Shown: positions 9,937 through 22,821, numbered from the stretch's first letter. The stretch: 64,000 nt of DNA from an uncultured Candidatus Rokubacteria bacterium (GCA_963708025.1 CAVPSB010000025.1:288001-352000), one strand, 5' to 3'. Program-made: numbers and translations. The notes: a model not told the origin generated them from the sequence alone.

Positions 9937-11624
9937 ATGGCTGAGAATCAGAGCACCTGGGTGGACTTCCGGACCGAGCCGGCGCGCTACAAGCACTGGA
10001 GCCTGGCCATCGACGGCCGGGTGGCGACCCTCGCGATGAACGTCCAGGAGGACGCGGGGCTCCGGCCCGGCTACGAGCTGAAGCTCAACTCGTACGACCT
10101 GGGCGTGGACGTCGAGCTGTACGACGCGGTCCAGCGGCTCCGGTTCGAGCACCCGGAGGTCGGCGCCGTCGTCATCCGCTCGGCCAAGGAGCGGGTGTTC
10201 TGCGCGGGGGCCAACATCCGGATGCTCAGCCAGTCGAGCCACGGCTGGAAGGTGAACTTCTGCAAGTTCACCAACGAGACCCGGAACGCGATCGAGGAGG
10301 CCAGCGCCGAGTCGGGCCAGCGCTACCTCACCGCGGTGAACGGGCCGTGCGCGGGCGGTGGCTACGAGATCGCGCTGGCCACCGACTGGATCGTCATGGC
10401 CGACGACGGGAACACCTCGGTCGCGCTCCCCGAGGTGCCGCTCCTGGCCGTGCTGCCGGGGACCGGCGGTCTCACCCGCCTGGTGGACAAGCGGAAGGTC
10501 CGGCGCGACCGGGCGGACTTCTTCTGCACGGTGGAGGAGGGCGTCAAGGGCCAGCGGGCACTCGACTGGGGGCTGGTGGACGAGCTGGTGCCGCGGACCC
10601 GCCTGGAGGAGACGGCGCGCCAGCGCGCGGCCGAGTCGGCGGCGCGGAGCGACCGGCCGGCCGGCGCCCGCGGCATCGCGCTGACGATGCTCGCCCGCAC
10701 CATCGAGGGCGACGAGATCCACTACGCCCATGTGACCTGCCGCCTGGACCGCGCCCGCGGGGTCGCCGAGATCACCGTCCGGGCGCCCGGGACCGACCCG
10801 CCGGCCGACGTCGCCGCGATCCACGCCCAGGGCTGCGCCTTCTGGCCGCTCGCCCTCGCCCGGGAGCTGGACGACCTGATCCTCCACCTCCGGACCAACG
10901 AGGAGCAGGTCGGGCTCTGGGTCCTCCGGACCGAGGGGAATGGGGAGAGCGGCGGGAGCGCCGACCGGGTCGAGGCCTACGACCGGCTGCTCGCCACCCA
11001 CGCCAAGGACTGGCTGGTCCGCGAGATCCGCCTCTACCTGCGGCGCACGCTCAAGCGCCTGGACGCCTCCTCGCGCTCGATCTTCGCGCTGGTCGAGCCC
11101 GGCTCCTGCTTCGCCGGCACGCTGCTCGAGCTGGCGCTGGCCGCCGACCGCGCCTACATGCTGGACGGGTCCCGCGAGGGCGACGACCGGCCGCCGGCCA
11201 CCCTGCGCCTGACCGAGGCGAACTTCGGCGCCTACCCCATGCCCAACGGGCTGACGCGGCTCCAGAGCCGGTTCCTCGGCGAGCCGGGGCGGGTCGAGGA
11301 GCGGCGGGGGCGGATCGGGGAGGACCTGGACGCGGCGGCCGCCGACAAGGCCGGCCTCGTCACGTTCACGCCCGACGACATCGACTGGGACGACGAGGTC
11401 CGCCTGGCGATCGAGGCGCGCGCGGCCTTCTCGCCGGACGCGCTGACCGGCATGGAGGCCTCGCTCCGCTTCGGCGGACCGGAGACCGTGGAGACGAAGA
11501 TCTTCGGCCGCCTGTCGGCCTGGCAGAACTGGATCTTCCAGCGCCCGAACGCGGTCGGGGAGAAGGGCGCGCTGCGCGTCTACGGCACCGGCCAGCGCGC
11601 CGAGTTCGACCGGAGGAGAGTGTG

Positions 11625-11625
<1 letters not shown>
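9937..11625 (+). CDS. boxC: 2,3-epoxybenzoyl-CoA dihydrolase
   Basis: YELKLNSYDLGVDVEL, HGWKVNFCKFTNETRN, PEVPLLAVLPGTGG and KIFGRLSAWQNWIFQRPNAVG motifs. Confidence 0.95.
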
Positions 11626-13061
<1,436 letters not shown>

Positions 13062-13064
<3 letters not shown>

Positions 13065-13159
13065 GAGCGCGTGAAGGAATCGGGTCCCTCCGGCTCCCCC
13101 CTCCCCCCCGGTGGGTGGGGAAGGGGGGCTGGGGGGTGGGCGGGAGGTCTCGAACTGAG
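13062..13159 (+). repeat. Palindromic repeat family A, copy A1 (starts at the boxB TGA)
   Basis: TGAGAGCGCGTGAAGGAATCGG..CCGGCTCCCCCCTCCCCCCC..GGGGAAGGGGGGCTGGGGGGTGGGCGGGAGGTCTCGAACTGAG. Confidence 0.85.
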
Positions 13160-13213
13160 TCGGGAAGGACGTGAAGCGATCGCCGTGCTCGGGCAGCCTG
13201 GAGGTGGCGGCGG

Positions 13214-13293
13214 CCGGCCCCCCTCCCCCCGCCAGAGGCCGAAGGCCGTCCGATCAGTCGGGAGGGGTCGGGGGTGGGGGAGGTCTCGAATAG
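13214..13293 (+). repeat. Repeat family A, copy A2 (with GGCCGAAGGCC module)
   Basis: CCGGCCCCCCTCCCCCCGCCAGAGGCCGAAGGCCGTC..GGGAGGGG..GGGAGGTCTCGAA. Confidence 0.8.
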
Positions 13294-13297
13294 TCCG

Positions 13298-13852
13298 ATG
13301 AAGCTCGGGGCACGGATCAAGGGGCTCCGGACGGAGCGCGGCATTCGCCAGAACGAGCTGGCGCAGAAGGCCGGGCTGACGGCGAGCCTCGTCTCCCAGA
13401 TCGAGTCGGACAAACTCTCGCCCTCGCTCCACACGCTCGGCCGGCTGGCCGGCGCCCTCGGGGTCCCGATCGGGGCCCTCTTCGAGCAGGCGCCGAACGG
13501 CCGGGTCCACGTGGGGCGGCAGAAGGACCACGCGGTGGTGAGCTTCGACGGCTCGACCGAGCGCTGGGAGGTGCTGTCGGCCGGCCTCTTCCGCGGCAAG
13601 GTGCGGGCGGTCGTCTCGACGCTGCGGGGGCGCGGGAAGAGCGTCCCGCCCGAGCGTGTCCAGATCGAGCCGGGCCAGATGAAGCTGATGTACGTCGTCC
13701 GCGGCAAGGTGGCGCTCCACTACAACGGCGAGCGCCACCTGATGGAGGCCGGCGACTCCGCCTACCTGGACGGCGGCGTGCCCCACACCTGGGAGAACCT
13801 GGGGGCGGGCGAGGCCCGGACCCTCTGGGTCATCACCGGCAAGGACGAATGA
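13298..13852 (+). CDS. XRE-family HTH transcriptional regulator with C-terminal cupin
   Basis: LGARIKGLR..QNELAQKAGLTASLVSQIESDKLSPSL; cupin AGDSAYLDGGVPHTWEN. Confidence 0.9.
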   Translation: MKLGARIKGLRTERGIRQNELAQKAGLTASLVSQIESDKLSPSLHTLGRLAGALGVPIGALFEQAPNGRVHVGRQKDHAVVSFDGSTERWEVLSAGLFRGKVRAVVSTLRGRGKSVPPERVQIEPGQMKLMYVVRGKVALHYNGERHLMEAGDSAYLDGGVPHTWENLGAGEARTLWVITGKDE

Positions 13853-15186
13853 GCGCGCTCCCGCTGATCCAGGTGGATGCGTTCTACGACCGCGAGCGCG
13901 AGACGGCGCCGCCGGAGCAGCTGCGCGCCTGGCAGTGGGAGCGGCTCACCGCCGGCCTGGCCGAGGTCTGGGCGTCGAACCCGTTCTGGCGGGCACGCCT
14001 CGCGGCGGCCGGCCTCCGCGACCCCCGCGACGTCGCCTCGTGGGACGACTTCGCCCGGCTGCCGCGGCTCGAGAAGCCGGAGCTGGGGGCCGACCAGGCC
14101 GCGCGCCCGCCGTTCGGCACGAACCTGACGTACCCGCTGGAGCGCTACGTCCGCGCCTTCCAGACCTCGGGGACCACCGGCCCGCCGATCCGCTGGCTGG
14201 AGACGGAGGAGTCGTGGGCCTGGTGGGCGCGCTGCTGGGTGTACGTCTTCCGGGCCGCCGGGCTCGGGCCGGGGGACCGGCTCTTCTTCCCGTTCTCCTT
14301 CGGCCTCTTCATCGGCTTCTGGGCCGGCCTCGAGGGGGCCCGGATGCTCGGCGCGCTGGCGCTCCCCGGCGGCGGTCAGGACTCGCCGACGCGCGTCCAC
14401 TGGATCCGGGAGCTGGGCGCGACCGCGCTGGTCTGCACGCCGTCCTACGGCCTCCACCTGGCCGAGGTCGCGATGGGGCAGGGGATCGACCCCGCGAAGC
14501 TCGGCGTCCGCACGACGGTCCACGCCGGCGAGCCGGGTGCCGGCATCCCGGCGGTCCGCCAGCGGCTGGAGACGCTGTGGGGCGCGCGGGCGTACGACCA
14601 CGCCGGCATGACGGAGGTCGGCGCCTACAGCTTCGCCTGCCCGGTCCAGTCGGGCCTCCACGTCAACGAGGTCGAGTTCATCGCCGAGGTGCTGGATCCG
14701 GAGACGGGTCGGCCGATCGCGCCCGGCGAGCTCGGCGAGCTGACGCTCACCAACCTGGGCCGGTGGGGGGCGCCGGTGCTCCGCTACCGCACCGGCGACC
14801 GCGTCCGGCTGGCGGCCGCGCCGTGCCCCTGCGGCCGGACGTTCGCCAGCCTCGAGGGCGGCATCCTCGGCCGCGTTGACGACATGCTGATCGTCCGCGG
14901 CGTCAACGTCTTCCCCTCGGCGCTGGAAGGGATCGTCCGGCAGTTCGACGCGGTGGACGAGTTCCAGATCGAGGTCTACCGGCGGGGCGCGATGGACGAG
15001 GTCCGGCTCCTGCTGGAGATCGACGGGGGGCACCGCGCCCCGGACGCGGTCACCGGGACGTGCGACGCCGTCGTCGAGGCCGTCCGCCGGAACATCGGCA
15101 TCCGGATCGAGGCCGCCCCGGTGCCGGCCCGGAGCCTCCCGCGCTACGAGCTGAAGGCCCGCCGTCTGGTGCGGCGCGACGCCTGA
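13849..15186 (+). CDS. Phenylacetate-CoA ligase family protein (PaaK-like)
   Basis: QTSGTTG, YDHAGMTE, RYRTGD and GRVDDMLIVRGVNVFPS motifs. Confidence 0.9.
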   Translation: MSALPLIQVDAFYDRERETAPPEQLRAWQWERLTAGLAEVWASNPFWRARLAAAGLRDPRDVASWDDFARLPRLEKPELGADQAARPPFGTNLTYPLERYVRAFQTSGTTGPPIRWLETEESWAWWARCWVYVFRAAGLGPGDRLFFPFSFGLFIGFWAGLEGARMLGALALPGGGQDSPTRVHWIRELGATALVCTPSYGLHLAEVAMGQGIDPAKLGVRTTVHAGEPGAGIPAVRQRLETLWGARAYDHAGMTEVGAYSFACPVQSGLHVNEVEFIAEVLDPETGRPIAPGELGELTLTNLGRWGAPVLRYRTGDRVRLAAAPCPCGRTFASLEGGILGRVDDMLIVRGVNVFPSALEGIVRQFDAVDEFQIEVYRRGAMDEVRLLLEIDGGHRAPDAVTGTCDAVVEAVRRNIGIRIEAAPVPARSLPRYELKARRLVRRDA

Positions 15187-15190
15187 CGGG

Positions 15191-15436
15191 TCACCGCCGC
15201 CCGACGAGCGCGGGCATCGCCGCGAAGAGCACGAACAGCAGGAGCGTGATGCCTCCGGCGACCGAGCGGAAGCCGGCCAGGTAGTCCGCGATCGACAGGC
15301 CGCGAAGCCAGCGCGTGCCGGCGACCTCGGCGACGAGCGGCAGGCCGAGCGCCACGAGTCCCATGGCCGCCCGGGTCTGGAGCGCCGGCGACTCCGCGTT
15401 GTGCATCGCGTTCATCGATTGCTCTCCCCGGGTCAT
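15191..15436 (-). CDS. Small hydrophobic membrane protein or gene remnant
   Basis: Two hydrophobic segments (MGLVALGLPLVAEV.., GGITLLLFVLFAAMPALV) directly downstream of the LLM gene. Confidence 0.45.
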   Translation of the reverse strand: MTRGEQSMNAMHNAESPALQTRAAMGLVALGLPLVAEVAGTRWLRGLSIADYLAGFRSVAGGITLLLFVLFAAMPALVGRR

Positions 15437-15438
15437 GG

Positions 15439-16215
15439 TCACGCCGGCTTCGCCGCGCGGACCAGCGCCAGGTGGTCCTCCAGGTCGTCCTTGGCGGTGA
15501 CGGCGCGGAGAACGACCTCGTCGATGACGCCGTCCCAGCGGGCGAGCGCCGGGCGGATCGTCTCGGGCGTCTCCGCGGCGATCGCCGTCTCCACCGGCGC
15601 CGCTCCCATCCGCTCGAAGTGGTCCGCGTAGGCGGGGATCGCCGTGTAGCGGGCCCCCTCCGCCTCCACCCGGGCGCCTGCGCCCGGCCCGAGGGCGAAC
15701 CGCACGTACCCGAAAAGCCGCGGCGCGGGCCGGTGCGCGGCCGCCGCCCCGGCCCGCACCCACTCGGCCGACTGCCGCGCGTGCCCGGGCGTGAGCCAGT
15801 TGAAGAGGACGCCGTCGGCGACCTCGCCGGCGAGGCGGCACATCCGGGGGCCGAGCGCGGCCACGACGATCCTCGCCGGCAGCGCCGCCCGGAGCGCGGC
15901 GACCCCCGCCCGCACGCGCGCGAGCGCGCTCGGGTTCGGGCTGCCCACCCCGAGCAGGAGGCGATTCACCGGCAGCCCGCCGGCCCGCACGCCCTCGGCG
16001 ATGCTCTCCGGGCCGCGGGTGTGGAGCGGGATGACGCCGACCCCGAGCGCCATGCGCCGGGTCTCGCCGGCGGCGTGCGCGAGCGCGGCCAGCCCGTTGA
16101 CGGGGCCGGGATGGTTCACCCAGAACGAGGTGTAACCGAGCGTCTCGGCCTCCCGCGCGGTAGCGCCGATGATGTCGGGGCGGGTGCCGGCGAAGAGCGC
16201 GAATCCCAGGGTCAT
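15439..16215 (-). CDS. LLM class flavin-dependent oxidoreductase
   Basis: AREAETLGYTSFWVN, ALGVGVIPL and AALGPRMCRLAGEVADGVLFNW motifs. Confidence 0.85.
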   Translation of the reverse strand: MTLGFALFAGTRPDIIGATAREAETLGYTSFWVNHPGPVNGLAALAHAAGETRRMALGVGVIPLHTRGPESIAEGVRAGGLPVNRLLLGVGSPNPSALARVRAGVAALRAALPARIVVAALGPRMCRLAGEVADGVLFNWLTPGHARQSAEWVRAGAAAAHRPAPRLFGYVRFALGPGAGARVEAEGARYTAIPAYADHFERMGAAPVETAIAAETPETIRPALARWDGVIDEVVLRAVTAKDDLEDHLALVRAAKPA

Positions 16216-16427
16216 CGTTTCCTCCAGGTGGGCATCGGTCCGCCGACCACCGTATCATGGAACGGTGTGGGGGACGCGCCGGGCGGCTGCTTTCGAGGCG
16301 CTGCCGCAGATGCGTTGGGGGTTGTGGATGCACTACGACCGTGAGCTTCTCTCGATCGCGCTGTGGAGCGCGTGTTGCGTCCCGGGCTAGCGGCGTTTCC
16401 TCTCGCGGAAGTCGCCGTCCTGGTCGG

Positions 16428-18537
16428 ATGAGCCGCAGGGTGGTGTTCACGCGCGGCGAGCGCAAGCGGCTCCAGGCCTCGGTGCTCCTCGCGCTGGGAG
16501 TCGGCGGGCTGCTCGTCGCGGCCTTCCTGGTGGGGCTGGGCGCGACGGCCCGGGTCGGAGCCGGCGACCTCCTCTTCCGCGCGCGGCCCGCGCGGAGCGC
16601 CCGGTCCACGGTGCTGGTGGGGATCGACCAGCGGAGCCACCAGGCCCTGCTGCCCGAGTACGGGCCGATGGCCGCCTGGCCCCGGACCCTGTACGCCCGC
16701 GCTCTCGACGCGCTCGGCGCGGCCGGCCCCCGCGTCGTGGCCCTGGCGATCTTCTTCGACGCGCCCAAGCCGGGAGACGGGGAGCTGGCCGACGCCATGC
16801 GGCGCGCCGGCAACGTCCTCACGCCGGTGGAGGCGCAGGGGCCGAAGCAACTCGATCCTGGCCCGGGCGTGGCCCAGGAGTTCGAGGTGTTCGTCCGCCC
16901 CACCCGGATGGTGCGCGACGCCGCCGCCGGCGAGGGGCTGACGAACATCACGACCGCTCGGGACAGCCTCGTCCGCGGTCTGCCGCTGCTCCTGCGCGCG
17001 GGCGGCGAGGAGCTCCCCAGCCTGCCGCTCGCGATCGTGGCCCGCTTCACCCGGCGGCCCGCCGTCCTCGACGCGCCGCCGACCGCCGCGGTCGTCTCCG
17101 CCGCCGGCCGCGCGATCCCGGTGACCGAGGGCGACGTCATGCTCATCAACTTCCTCGGTCCTCCATCGCACCTACGGCCGGGCACCGGCCCTCCCAGGCC
17201 CCGCGAGCCCTTTCGGGTCATCCCGTTCGTTCGACGTGGTGGAGGGCCGCTTCGACCCGAGCCTGGTCCGGGACCGGATCGTCCTGCTCGGTCCCACCAT
17301 CCGGGGCGTGGACGAGCATCCGACCCCGACGACCACCGACACCCGGATGTCGGGCGTCGAGATCCTGGCCAGCGCGGTCGAGACCATCCTCCAGCAGGAG
17401 TACCTCCAGCCGATGCCGCCCACCGTCAACGCCGGGTTGATCCTCCTGCTGGCCCTGGTGGGCGCGCTGGCGGTAGCGGCCTGGACCCCGCTGCCGGCCG
17501 CCCTGGCGGTGGCGGCCACGCTCGCGCTCTACCTGACGCTGGCGACGGTTTCCTTCGAGGGCGGCCGGATCCTCGATCTGGTCTACCCGCCGGCGGGGCT
17601 TCTCCTGGCGTTCGCGGCCGCGCTCTCCTACCGCGTGGTCTTCGGCGAGGCCCAGCAGCGGATGATCCGGGATGCCATGGCCCGCTACCTCTCGCCGGCG
17701 GTCAGCCGGTGGGTGCTGGAGGACCCGGATCGGCTCCGGCTGGGCGGCGAGCTGCGTGAGATGACGGTCCTGTTCAGCGACCTCCGGGACTTCACGACGC
17801 TCGCCCACGCCCTGCCGCCCGAGACGCTGGTGTCGCTGCTCAACACCTACCGGACCGAGATGACGGAGATCGTCCTCCGCCACGACGGGGTCCTGGCGCA
17901 GTACGCCGGCGATGCGATCGAGGCGTTCTGGAACGCACCCATGGATCAGCTGGACCACGCCCGGCGGGCGTGCCGGACCGCGCTGGAAATGCTCGGCCGG
18001 CTGCGCCAGCTGGCCCCGGACTTCGCGCAACGCGGCTGGACCGGGCTGGACATGGGTATCGGGATCAACACGGGGCGGATGGTGGTGGGCAACATGGGAT
18101 CGCGGAACCACCTCGCCTACACGGCGGTCGGTGACCCCGTCAACGTGGCCGCCCGGCTCGAGGGGCTGTCGAAAACGTATGGGGCGCGCATCGTCGTCGG
18201 CGAGACGGCCCGGGCGGCGGCCGGCGACGCCGTCGTCTTTCGCTTCCTCGACGTCGTGGCGGTGAAGGGGCGCGCCGAGCCGCTGACGGTCTACGAGCCG
18301 GTGGCTCTGGCCGGCGCGGTGACGGCGCCCGTGGCGCGGCGCCTCGAGCGGTACCACGAGGGCATCGCCCTCTACCGGGCGCGCCGGTGGCCCGAGGCGG
18401 CGGCCCTCTTCGACGCGCTGGCCGCCGAGGCGCCGGAGGACGGTCCGATCGCGCTCTACCGCCGGCGCAGTCGCGAGCTGGCCGAGGAGCCACCCCCCGC
18501 CGACTGGAACGGCGTGTACGTGGCGCGGACGAAGTAG
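16428..18537 (+). CDS. CHASE2-domain membrane adenylate/guanylate cyclase (frameshift near 17230)
   Basis: VLVGIDQ..WPR CHASE2 motifs, MSGVEILA, three TM helices, GGELREMTVLFSDLRDFT, YAGDAI, YTAVGDPVNVAARLEG. Confidence 0.88.
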
Positions 18538-18541
18538 CCGG

Positions 18542-19663
18542 CTACCGGACGAAGCCTGCCAGCTCCAGGGGAGAGAGCAGGATGGTTCCCGGCGGCTCCC
18601 CGGTGACCGGGCGAAGCGTCTCCAGCCGGCCGCCCGCGACGCGCGCCGTCCGCGGATCGGCGCCGGTCGAGGCCGGATCGGCGCCGCTCGAGGCCAGCCA
18701 CTGGACGATCGCAGCGCTCAGCCGTTCACCGCGCCGGATATCCTGGCGCGCCTCCGCGCGATAGACGGGCTCGCCCCGGAATGCTCCGACCACTCGTACG
18801 GTGAACGGCCCGTCGGCGAGCGCGACCAGCACCAGGCGATAGGTCCCGATGGCTCCCGCCGGGACGTCCACTGTCCGGCTGCCATCCTGACGCATCGCGG
18901 TGCGGGAGCCGAAGACCTGGTTCACCTCGATCCCCGGCTCCACGAACCCGGCCACGCGCCGTCCGTCCGGCATGATGAGGAGCGGGAGCACCGGACCGCT
19001 GGTCGTGACCTCGATGGTGCTCTGGTTCACCCGGAACAGCTCGATCACCGGTGGACCCGTGGGACCGATCGTGGCCTTCTCCCCGGGGCCCAGGCGCGCC
19101 AGGTGGCGCCCGCTGTCGTTCTCCACATCGAGCGTGCCGGCCCGGGTCCAGCAGACGAAGCCGCCATCGGGCCGGCTCTGGGCGCCGATGAGCCCGTCGT
19201 GGGCCGTCGCGGTGTAGGCGTTCGCCTCGAGCGAAACGGTGCCTCGCCCTCCCAGCCAGCTCGCCAGGCGCGCCCACACGGTGCCCGACCGGAGCAGTAC
19301 CCGGAGGCTCGAGCGGTCGCGGCTGACCTCCAGGCGCTTGACCTGGACGTCGGAGCCGGGCTCGACGGTGACCGTGCTGCCGTCGAGGAAGGTGATCAGC
19401 GCCCGGCCGTCCGGCCCGGTGAGCACGCGGTCGCCCTCGACGAGGTTGCTTCCCGTGGCGGCCGGGCGGGGCGCGCTCCCGCCGGCCGGCCAGTACTCCA
19501 CGCGCCCGCCGAGGAGGCTGAGCGTGGCCGCGGTGGAAACGGTGACCGGCCGCGCTGCCTCGGCCGTGCCGCCGCCGGGGTGAAGGACGCCCAGCGCGAG
19601 CGCGGCTGCCACGAGGGTAGCGCGGGCCGACCGTCCCGATCGTCGCGCGCGCTCGCTTGTCAT
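18542..19663 (-). CDS. Exported FecR-domain protein
   Basis: Signal-like N-terminus; LVEGDRVLTGPDGRALITFLDGSTVTVEPGS FecR motif. Confidence 0.8.
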   Translation of the reverse strand: MTSERARRSGRSARATLVAAALALGVLHPGGGTAEAARPVTVSTAATLSLLGGRVEYWPAGGSAPRPAATGSNLVEGDRVLTGPDGRALITFLDGSTVTVEPGSDVQVKRLEVSRDRSSLRVLLRSGTVWARLASWLGGRGTVSLEANAYTATAHDGLIGAQSRPDGGFVCWTRAGTLDVENDSGRHLARLGPGEKATIGPTGPPVIELFRVNQSTIEVTTSGPVLPLLIMPDGRRVAGFVEPGIEVNQVFGSRTAMRQDGSRTVDVPAGAIGTYRLVLVALADGPFTVRVVGAFRGEPVYRAEARQDIRRGERLSAAIVQWLASSGADPASTGADPRTARVAGGRLETLRPVTGEPPGTILLSPLELAGFVR

Positions 19664-20081
19664 GGCGCGCCTCCTCGAACCGCCCGGCTGACGAAGCCTC
19701 GTCGCCGGGGCCCGACGGTGTCCCGTGTCGGGGGGCGACATCACCGATAGCCAGCTTACCAGGCATCGCGGCACCGCGCCCGGTAGGTGCTCTGCTTCGG
19801 TCATGGCCGGCGGATCGGCGCCCTCGGCTCGACGGCTGCGAAGCCCTCACGCGATTCTCGCGCGAGCTGGCGACCGTCTGAGGCTCGGCGGCTCCAGCCG
19901 CCGCATGGTGCTCGCGGGCCGGGGGTGTATCGACGGCTACAGATCCCCGGCCGGGCAGCGGGTATACTCCCCTTGACGGGGACCGGCAGCCCGCTCCGCG
20001 GCGAGACGGGGGCGCACGAGATCACGGTCCAGTGTCTTCTCTGCGGTGGGTGATGGCCTGACGTCGAGGAAGGAGTGGCTC

Positions 20082-21725
20082 ATGGAGCGGGACACCGGAG
20101 AGTCGCGGCAGCCGTCCAGTCGCGGGGCCATCAGCCGGCGCGAGCTCATGCGCCGGACAGCCCTTCTGGGCATGTCGGCTGGAGCCCTGCAGGGCCTCGT
20201 GACCCCTGGCCGGGCCGTGGCGCAGACCGGCCCGCCGCCGATCAAGCGGGGTGGCACGCTGGTCCACTCGGTCAACTGGACCGTCCCCACCATGGACCCC
20301 CACCTCGCCAGCCAGCCCGAGCACATCATCTACGAGCAGGTCTACGACGGACTGCTCCGGCTGGACCGGGTGGATGCCAATTCGTGGGAGCACAAGGTCG
20401 TGGGCGTCCTCGCCGAGTCCTGGGAGCAGAAGGACGCCCGCACCCTCGTGTTCAAGCTGCGGCAGGGCGTCCGGTTCCACGACGGCAGCGTGTTCGACGC
20501 GGAGCTCGCCCGGTGGAACATCGTACGGGCGCGAGACCACCCGAAGAGCGAGGTCAAGGCCAGCCTGAGGGCCATCGACTCGGTCACCGCCCTGGACAGG
20601 TCCACCCTGGAGGTGAAGACCAAGACCGACAACGCGGCCCTGCTGCGGACCCTGGCCTTCACCGGCGGGGGATCGGTGCGCATGGTGTCCAGGGCGGCGC
20701 TGGACAAGAACGGGGAGCAGTGGCTCCATCGCAACCCGGCGGGGACGGGGCCCTTCCGGTTCAAGCAGTGGATCTCCGACGATCGCGTGATCATGGAGCG
20801 GAACCCCGACTACTTCATGGCTGGCGCCGATGGCAAGCCGCTGCCCTACCTCGATGGCCTCGTGATCCGCTACATTCCCGACCCGACGGTGGCGCTGGTG
20901 GACATGCGGGCCGGGACCGTCCACTTCGTGGAGCGGATGGCCCTCAAGGACGCCGATACGGTCAAGGGCGATTCCAGCCTGGCTCTCGTGGAGCTTCCCT
21001 GGGCCGGCCAGATCTACTTCGAGGTGGGGTTCAACACCGAGGCGGCTCCGTTCAACGACGTGCGGGTGCGCCAGGCGGCCCTGTACGGGATCGATCGGGT
21101 CGGCATGCACAAGGCGCTCGGCTTCGGGCTCGGCCGGCCCGTGAACTATCCCTACGGCATCCCGGGAACCGTGGGCTACGACGAGAGCATCGTCAAGTAC
21201 GAGTACAACCCGGAGCGGGTGAAGGCGCTGCTGAAGGAAGCCGGTCACCCGAATGGCATCAGCATCGAGCTGAAGGTGATCGCGCGGGAGCCCGAGAACA
21301 CCATCGGCGAGTTCGCGCAGCAGATGTGGTCGGCGGTCGGGATCAAGACCCGGCTGGTGACCCTCGAGCGGCTCGCCTGGATCGACCAGGTGCGGGCGAA
21401 GAACTTCCAGGCCAACTTCTGGCGCGGCGCCCTCTGGGCGCTCGTCGATCCCGAGCTGTCGCGACACCTGGTGGCGAGCGGCGCTCCGGGAAACTGGTCT
21501 CAGTTCAAGGATGGGGACGTGGACAGGCTGCTGGACGAGGGCCTGGCCTCACTGGATCCGCGGAAGCGGGCCGGGATCTACCGCCAGGTCTGGCAGACGC
21601 TCCAGGAGCGGGCCTACGTCGGTTCGGGGTTCCTGGCGCCCATCGTCAGCGGCTACCGCAAGGAGATGCGCGGATTGACCTTCAACTTCCTGACGCCCAC
21701 CTTGCGGAGCGCCTGGCTGGCGTAG
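20082..21725 (+). CDS. ABC transporter substrate-binding protein, family 5 (Tat signal)
   Basis: SRRELM twin-arginine motif; LAESWE..FKLRQGVRFHDGS, GTGPF and PFNDVRVRQA motifs. Confidence 0.92.
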   Translation: MERDTGESRQPSSRGAISRRELMRRTALLGMSAGALQGLVTPGRAVAQTGPPPIKRGGTLVHSVNWTVPTMDPHLASQPEHIIYEQVYDGLLRLDRVDANSWEHKVVGVLAESWEQKDARTLVFKLRQGVRFHDGSVFDAELARWNIVRARDHPKSEVKASLRAIDSVTALDRSTLEVKTKTDNAALLRTLAFTGGGSVRMVSRAALDKNGEQWLHRNPAGTGPFRFKQWISDDRVIMERNPDYFMAGADGKPLPYLDGLVIRYIPDPTVALVDMRAGTVHFVERMALKDADTVKGDSSLALVELPWAGQIYFEVGFNTEAAPFNDVRVRQAALYGIDRVGMHKALGFGLGRPVNYPYGIPGTVGYDESIVKYEYNPERVKALLKEAGHPNGISIELKVIAREPENTIGEFAQQMWSAVGIKTRLVTLERLAWIDQVRAKNFQANFWRGALWALVDPELSRHLVASGAPGNWSQFKDGDVDRLLDEGLASLDPRKRAGIYRQVWQTLQERAYVGSGFLAPIVSGYRKEMRGLTFNFLTPTLRSAWLA

Positions 21726-21745
21726 CGGGGCGGAGGGTTCACGGC

Positions 21746-22642
21746 ATGCTCAGCAAGGATCAGGTGGAGTTCTACCGGAAGGACGGCTACCTGCTGCTCG
21801 AGGACGTGCTGAGCGCGGAGGAGCTGGCGACGCTCCGCCATGTCACCGACGAGGTGGTGGCGGCATCCCATGCCGTCACCGAGCACGACCACATCTACGA
21901 CCTGGAGCCGACCCACACGCCCCAGGAGCCTCGCGTGCGCCGGATCAAGGAGCCGCACAAGGTCCACCCGGTCTACCGGCAGATCGCCTTCAGCGACAGG
22001 ATCGCGGAGATCCTGACGCCGCTGATCGGGACCACCTCCGGGATCCGCTTCCAGACCGGCAAGCTCAACATGAAGTCGGCCGGGTTCGGCGCCGCGGTGG
22101 AGTGGCATCAGGACTGGGCCTTCTATCCGCACACCAACGACGACCTGCTGGCCATCGGCCTGTACCTCGACGACTGTGGGCCGGACAACGGGCCGCTCAT
22201 GGTGATCCCGGGCAGCCACCGGTGGCCGATCTGCGACCACCACGTCGACGGCGTCTTCTGTGGCGCGATCGACCCCCAGGCCTCCGGCATCGACTTCTCG
22301 AAGGCGGTGACGCTGACCGGCAAGGCGGGCAGCATGACCATCCACCACGTGCGTGCGATTCACGGCTCGGCGCTGAACACCTCCGACCGGCCGCGCCGCC
22401 TGCTGCTGTTCCAGTACATCGCGGTCGACGCCTTCCCGCTCCTGGGCATTCCGAGCTGGGACGAGTTCAACGCCAGCATCGTGACCGGCGAGCCGACCAA
22501 GGAGCCGCGGCTGACCCCGGTGCCGGTGCGCATGCCGCTCCCGGCGGCGCCCTTCCAGGGCTCCATCTACGAGAACCAGCGCACGCTGCCCAGCCGGTAT
22601 TTCGCCGTCCTCGAGGAAGCGGAGGAAGGCCGCCGCCGGTAG
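21746..22642 (+). CDS. Phytanoyl-CoA dioxygenase (PhyH) family Fe(II)/2OG enzyme
   Basis: MLSKDQVEFYRKDGYL; WHQD, NGPLMVIPGSH and IHGS motifs. Confidence 0.9.
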   Translation: MLSKDQVEFYRKDGYLLLEDVLSAEELATLRHVTDEVVAASHAVTEHDHIYDLEPTHTPQEPRVRRIKEPHKVHPVYRQIAFSDRIAEILTPLIGTTSGIRFQTGKLNMKSAGFGAAVEWHQDWAFYPHTNDDLLAIGLYLDDCGPDNGPLMVIPGSHRWPICDHHVDGVFCGAIDPQASGIDFSKAVTLTGKAGSMTIHHVRAIHGSALNTSDRPRRLLLFQYIAVDAFPLLGIPSWDEFNASIVTGEPTKEPRLTPVPVRMPLPAAPFQGSIYENQRTLPSRYFAVLEEAEEGRRR

Positions 22643-22821
22643 GGCCCGAGCGGCCCCAGGCCGGTGGAGGGGCTCGACGCCTGGGGCGCGTAGTCCAGGC
22701 GGCCCGATTCCCGCTCGGCGGCCCCTCCCCTGATGTCCCGCCTCGCATCGTGGGCCCTGCCGCCCGCTCCGTCTCGGACGCGGGCGCGGGACCAAGGCTC
22801 CGGGATTGATCGGAGTGCAAC

